From: Paraspadella gotoi
Lineage: Eukaryota > Animalia > Chaetognatha
Reading direction: 5' to 3'
Length of the DNA stretch: 64,000 nucleotides
NCBI GenBank assembly: GCA_051294375.1
Contig: CM119265.1
Span: forward strand, 22,588,591-22,652,590
A program made the position numbers and the translations under genes. Below the pieces are notes generated by a model. The model searched no databases. It was not told where the DNA came from and saw only the letters and a program-made list of their open reading frames with translations. The first letter of the stretch is position 1. The number at the start of each line of letters is the position of its first letter. Of this stretch, positions 57,972 through 64,000 are shown in pieces.

Positions 57972-58835
57972 TCGGGAGAATAGGTTCGGGCCAGTGTCGT
58001 GGTCGGTGGAGACTGGATGGGTGGAACTACGCTACAGAATGTATTATTTAACCGTACATAGAAAGTTGTAAGTCCTTTTCAGAATCCAATCAATTAGCGG
58101 TATTTTATTACTACAAGTATTAACTTTCTCGAAGATTTTATTACTACAGATTCTAGATTGAGAATATTCCGTTTTATCGGCATTTTTCTAGTCTGCGTAG
58201 AGCACAATCTAAATCACAAAAGCTGGTTTTATTTTATACATGAATTGTTGTTTAACTAATATTTTCTTTGTGTTAGTTTTTTTCGCTTTGTTTGGAATTG
58301 CAGTGGTTTTTTTTACCGTGTTACTAATCAGTACTTATGTTGCTACGATTCTTGTCCAAGATCTCTTTAATTGTAATTTTTGTCTTGGATATTTCTTTCA
58401 AAGCTTGAGGTTAATTGAGATTATTTAAAAAAGTCGATGCAACATGTGATCTAATTTCGGCATCGTTTCGCCGAAACCTCAAATCCGTTACGGTATTCGT
58501 AATGTTTTCGTTTTATTAAGTTAGATTTTTTTAGAATTTTATTTTCCCCTATTTAATTCTCTCTCCTATTTATATCTGGATCTATCTTAGCAGCGCGTGA
58601 TCTTCTCTTTTTTGAATAAATTTTCTCGCGTTGTTTCGGTTTATGTAATTTATCGTAATGACTAAGCCGAGGAAGGTTTCTTCGTGCCTTCCTCCCTTTT
58701 TCTATAGGTTTTCTAAATTATTCAGATTTTTCTTACAGAATTTTCATGTTGAATTGTGAAAATAAAAATGTCGAATCCTCGCCGGCGTTTAGCGTGGCTA
58801 AACGTTGAAATTTGAATTACCAACAAAAAGGGGAC

Positions 58836-61800
58836 ATGTCGACGCCCGGTGAATTAGCCGCGGCCGCGTCCAAACTGGAAGGCAAGGTGGAGGAATTAAA
58901 GGGAGACGTCCAGATTCTCTTGGAGCGATCTTCGGCACCCGACAGATTAAAAAAACAAAAGGAGCTTCTGACCAAAGCCAGGGCCCTGCGCCAAATTGGC
59001 ACCAAGCTTCGGCAGCGAGCTGCCGGCGATGCCGAACTCGAAGCCCGTTTGAATCGAACCGAAGTCCGACTGACGGATCTCGCATCGTCTTTGGGTAAAT
59101 GTTTTTTTTTTCTCCCACCCGTCATTCTTTCCCAACGGATTCAATTTCACTGTGGTCGACCTTACCCCGACCTGAGCTCTTTCGGCCTTACCCGCATTTC
59201 GCAGAACCCGACGAAGTGGAAGAGGCATATCTCATTTCGGCGAAACGAGGATCGATCGTCACGGTCAACGAATCGAATGAGGAGGACGATGACGAGGAAG
59301 ATGATGATGATGATGACGACGACGAAGACGACGACGACGATGTTGATGATGAAGAGGATGAAAATGAAGATGATGTTGATATTAAAGACGAAGAGACTCA
59401 CGTCAAATACCCTATGAACAAAGAGAATGGACGTGAATTGACTTCTGAAGATGAGGAAAATTCTTTTGTCCGAGCCTTTCAAGCCATTTCCGATTTTCAC
59501 CCGGAACAGGTGAAGACTGAAGACTAAGAAAAATTGAGACAGGATTTCCTATATTTTTGTTAGGCTATGGATTTAAATGTCTTTTCAGAAAGGCGACATG
59601 GAACTAAAAGAGGGAGAAATAGTGAGGATTTTGTCCGTTAGGCCGGACGGATGGTGGGAGGCCGAAAACGAAAAGGGTGACAGAGGTTCGTATTTGTTAT
59701 TTCTCTAATATTTTCGCAAAACGCTTGCGAATTCCTTTTAACCTCGTAGGAATGATACCGAGCACTTTCGTCACGGATGTCGATCCAGAAAAAGCAGAAC
59801 AATTACGACGGAACGCTTCTGGATTAGAAGAAAAGCTGGGGCGGGGTTGGAGCAACGTGCGATCCGTCGTTAAATCCGGTGTGTGTTTTATCTCGAGCTT
59901 TATTCTGGTTGCAGTTATTAAATTTTGAATTGTAAATGAACGGCAAACAATCATATGGTTTTATTCGTTAAACTGTCTTAAGAGCTTGACTTTATGTACT
60001 CTGTCCTAAGTTTATTTTATCAGAGGAACTATTTTGATCTAGGAACTCAAAAGAATTCTGCAACGCCGAAAAAGTCGCCCGACGTTACGAGCATTCTTCG
60101 AGTAAGGATAAACTCGACTTGTGGCGCAAGTAGTTCTTCATGGGTTTTATTCTTAATAGGCTTCATTCCTCTCTCTTAGACAATGGGCGCGGTTCCTTCC
60201 GGCTTCCGCAATTCAACTCTCGCCGAATTGGCGTCCTTGAAAGATCATTCCTACGCCAAATTTCTTTTTCCCGCCCTCAGCGAATCAGGACTTGGGTTCA
60301 AAGACGTCAAGTGGGACGCAGCCGCTGAGGGCATCAAGGCTTCAGTAACGTGGGTCATGCGTACTTTGACTTTATCCCAGGTGACCACTGACCAGTCAAA
60401 TTGTTTGGTTTTATGTTTTAAATTTTTAAAAATTAAGAAATGACGTATGTGTAAAACTTAAAATCCACCATTATCAATCTGAATTCTCGCTATTTTCGTC
60501 GAGATTAGTGCAAAAACGTTCCCTCGCCCGGCGCCGGCGTCGAAGTCTTATCGAGATGCGCCCGTCTCTGTCTTTTCGACGGCGAGAAGTTCCTCAGCAA
60601 CGTCCATACCGTCGCCGCCGAACTCGTCAAACCCGCGGGTGAGTCTCGTAACGAGAAAGAGTGGCAACTCCAATATTTATGTAATTTCGATCGACCTGTT
60701 CGATAACAATAACTTGTTCTCTTGAGTTATGAAACATGAAATATTTTATTAAGCAGGTTGTGTGAGAGGAGATTTCCTTGGTGAGTCTTTTTAGTTTAAC
60801 AATACGTAAATGATCTCGCTAAAATATGTAATCAAAGTGAAAAATTGTGAAGTCTAAGCCATCAAAAAATTAAGCTTACCAATGAAAAAGCGTAAACTTA
60901 TCTGGGTTAGTGTTACCATTCTCACCATTTAGTAATTCCCTTTTCCCACATTCCTCTGCCCCTTCTCCCCACCCCCTCAGACCCAAGCCTTTGGGCTTTC
61001 CGCTCTCGTTCGACCCCATCTTCCCCCTCTTCCATCTGCGATTGTCCCGAGGTTTTCCTCCGCACTTCGGAGATGAACAAGGGAGTCGGGATTCTGATCG
61101 AGCTCAGTCTCTCCTACGAGCGAACGGCCAGCGGGGAAAAGGGCCAACTCTCTTGCGGCTGGATTCACTTACCATTTCTCGAGAGCGACGGAGCTCAGCT
61201 GCCCAGTCGAAATTACGAAGTCGCTCTTAAAGGTAGCTTATACTTATACTTACGCCTAATTTAAAAACCCTGACTCGAAGTAGACTCCGATTGTGTACTT
61301 TTTGTTTTAAGGCGGAACTCCTTTTGAATCCGGGGTTGACTTGGACTCGTCAATTGTTTCGACCGACCACAACATATCGACTAGCAAGTGGAAGAGCATG
61401 ATCACTCGATCCAAAGTGCCTACGATCGTCTTTCGAATGGGCGTTCCCACAGCGGCCGTCAAGGAGCAGATGAGTCTTTTGCCGCTAACTCTAATCGGCG
61501 CCTCGACGCATATCAGCCTTTTCGTCATGTATCGACAAATCCTCGCCGACCATCTGATCCGATTTCGCATCAACAGCGGTGCGTTAGCAATGTGGCGTTC
61601 GGCTTTATATGGTTTTGATAAGTTCGTAAATACTATTATTTAAAAATCTTGCGTAATTTTTCCCTACCAGAATCAGCGGAGCTCCTCCACGATCCGTTCG
61701 TCCGCTTCTTCCTCCTCGCTTCTTCCTCCCACGCGCTGTTAGAGGCAACGAACACCGCGTGGACCGAATCCCAAAAAAAGTTGACGCGCGCAGAGAAGAG

Positions 61801-62131
61801 AGACGCCGACTTCGTGAAGCGCGCTTTCGAGCACGCCTTTCTCAGTATCGCAGCTCCGGTCCTGATGCAAGAACCGCTGGGGGAAGAGTCTGTAAGGGCA
61901 AAATGTTGCAATTCAGACGCTGCTATTTCCCATCTTTTTCACTCCACCTTTCTTTAACGTCAGAGCCACCTGAGCGCCATATTCGAAGTGTCTTCGCTGA
62001 TTTCAACCGCGCGTTCGACGACTCCTTCGGCCGTCATTTCTCCCGCCGTGGCTCTGCTTTGTCCCGCCTTTACCTTTAAGCCTTTCGACGTTCGCGACGT
62101 CGCCATCGACCTTTTTCGTTCGCCCCTTTAA
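58836..62131 (+). CDS. NPHP1: Nephrocystin-1 (coiled coil, acidic tract, SH3, nephrocystin homology domain)
   Basis: AISDFHPEQ|[10 protein letters not shown]...[70 protein letters not shown]|GGTPFE and KPFDV near the stop. Confidence 0.9.
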
Positions 62132-63052
62132 AAAAATCAATATTTAATATTTATACATGTAAATGTTTAAGATTTTATAGCAAATTCGTATGCATTTTTT
62201 GACCAAATCACGGTTCCGTCCATTTTAATTATTTTATTCACGATGCCATTTCTTTTTTCAGCGAATGATTTAAGCAAACGTTTGAGGAAAATGAGGCGAA
62301 AAATAAAAAGGCTTCAGTTTCATCGTTCGTGTTGAATCCCCCAGACTGGAGATTTGAGAGAGAACTAGTGATATATAAAACAAGTTGTAGAAATATGTCC
62401 CACTTTCCCCCCATTTATATGTTTGCCCTTTGTTTTCTTTAGGAGATTTTACTCCTTCTTTTCTTACCAGATATACGAGGCCATATATAGATACTTAAGA
62501 CTCCGCCCGTCATCAAACTGCCTTTTACGAGGTGCTAGGACGCCCTTCACCTTTGATACCGTTTACAGACAGTGATGTCATGGCCATAGAGCCCACTATG
62601 AGACCACACTCCAAGAGACTTGTGGACGTACTGGTGGTCAGACTTTAGCCTCCGTCATACTCGTGGACGGACTTGTGGTCCACGCCATTCGACCACACCC
62701 GGGTGACGATAGCCTCGTCGACCACAGGCTCACGGCACCGACTTGCGGCGCGGTCGGGCCCCGACTCCCTTCATCACGGCGAGCCGACGTTTTCGGCGCA
62801 CGCGCAACGGCGCAAGACGCGGCCACACCCATTTCCGGAGACAGCGAGGGACGTGGAGGACGGCGTTCCTCCGTAGCGGCGCGAAGCAGAGGCGACTCCA
62901 TGGGCACACGGCAAGTGTTCATACTAAAGTCAGTGCCACTCGCAATAACTGACAGTTTCTTGGCACGCGTCTCTCATTAACCGTTGATAAAATAACCGTT
63001 CGATCTCTGAAACTCCGACATTCGGTCGCGTCCTCCCGCCCCTCTCTTCGCC

Positions 63053-63526
63053 ATGGAGACCGTTTACGCGTCTCACGACGAGAATCACGTGATGTCGGAG
63101 CGGGTATCGCAGTTGGCGGCCAGCATTTATCAGGAGTTCGAACGGATGTTGAAAAAGTACGACGAGGACGTGGTCAAGGACCTGATGCCGCTGGTGGTGA
63201 GCGTGTTAGAGAGCCTGGACGATTCCGCCATGAAGAATCAGGAGAACGAGGTGGAGTTGGAGCTGCTGCGCGAGGACAACGAGCAGCTTCTCACTCAGTA
63301 TGAGCGAGAGAAACAGCTGCGGCGCGAGGCCGAGGAGAAGTATCTCGAGGCCGAGGACTCCAGCGACGGAGAAAAGGTCAAGCTGCAGGAGCGAATGGAG
63401 AGTATGGAGTCGTTGATCAGGATGCTGGAGCTGAAGAATAAAAACTTTGGGGACCAAGTGGGTCGGATGGAAGAAAAGGACGCCGAGGTGCAGAAGGAGT
63501 TCAAAAAGCTGCACGAGCGATACACG
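63053..63526 (+). CDS. MAPK8IP3: JNK-interacting protein 3/4 family (Sunday driver/UNC-16), first coding exon; gene continues beyond the window
   Basis: [44 protein letters not shown]...[25 protein letters not shown] (RH1 domain). Donor gtgaga at 63527. Confidence 0.93.
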
Positions 63527-64000
63527 GTGAGAGCGTCACGGTTTTTATGGGCCTTTTTTTTTTTTAAATAGGACTCGTTATCAATTCAATTTTATTTTCC
63601 CTTTGATTCATCGATCACAATATTCAGATCCAGAAAATAAGGATCGCAATTTAAAAAGTTTGTTAAATATACATTCGGGGACGGTTTTTGAACGATGCGT
63701 TAGAAATGATGACATAAATTATATTCTGAATTATTTTTGACCTTAACTCAGATAAATGACTGATATTTTGTATGATTGCCACTGACATTGTCAGTGAGAT
63801 TACATTAAGCCATATGAAAATGTAAACTTTGTCATTCGTCATGAATGGCAAGTAATTTTTGTGTCTTTAAGCTCATAGACCAGATACTTTCGAAACTGTT
63901 GACTTGTTTTCGCCAGCATGATTTGATTGACTTACCTTTTTTGCCCTTTGACTTTTTTTCCATTTTTCGAGGTGTCCTAATTTTTTTGCTCCTAATTTTA

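Noticed and set aside
13583-62131. Functional cilia/Hedgehog cluster (SUFU, RDS-like, NPHP1)
   Set aside because: The genes are interspersed with unrelated housekeeping genes. Nothing in the sequence supports more than chance linkage.
62634-62939. U3 snoRNA, SRP, RNase P/MRP or telomerase RNA
   Set aside because: The minus strand has TGATGA and a terminal CTGA, but no proper C'/B boxes, U3 5' domain, P4 motifs, Alu domain or telomeric template.

Overview
Eukaryotic (metazoan, invertebrate-like) genomic DNA with a compact, intron-rich layout and one assembly gap (N at 30989-31753). The organism cannot be identified from the sequence. Recognisable genes on the + strand, in order: SMSr/SAMD8, an intronless FASTKD-family (RAP) gene, SUFU, LEO1, GMPS, two large lineage-specific zinc-finger genes, DUSP12, a 3-finger C2H2 gene, NPHP1 and the first exon of JIP3/JIP4. 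On the - strand: an unknown coiled-coil gene nested in a GMPS intron and a peripherin-2/ROM1-like tetraspanin. The larger introns hold mobile DNA. There are two partial DIRS1-type tyrosine-recombinase retroelement segments in GMPS; in one, the internal complementary region (ICR) sits near the 5' end inside an intron-like segment. There is also a 743-bp miniature LTR element with an extended tRNA-Trp-complementary tract and a 3x28-nt repeat array, plus a solo LTR of the same family. Other elements are Penelope-type minimal hammerhead ribozyme motifs, nested HINE/MITE elements, a tRNA-derived element and a LINE fragment. Tight co-directional gene spacing with unpaired acceptor-like sites hints at operon/trans-splicing organisation. 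Gene identities come from remembered family motifs, not database searches. Exon boundaries were read by eye.
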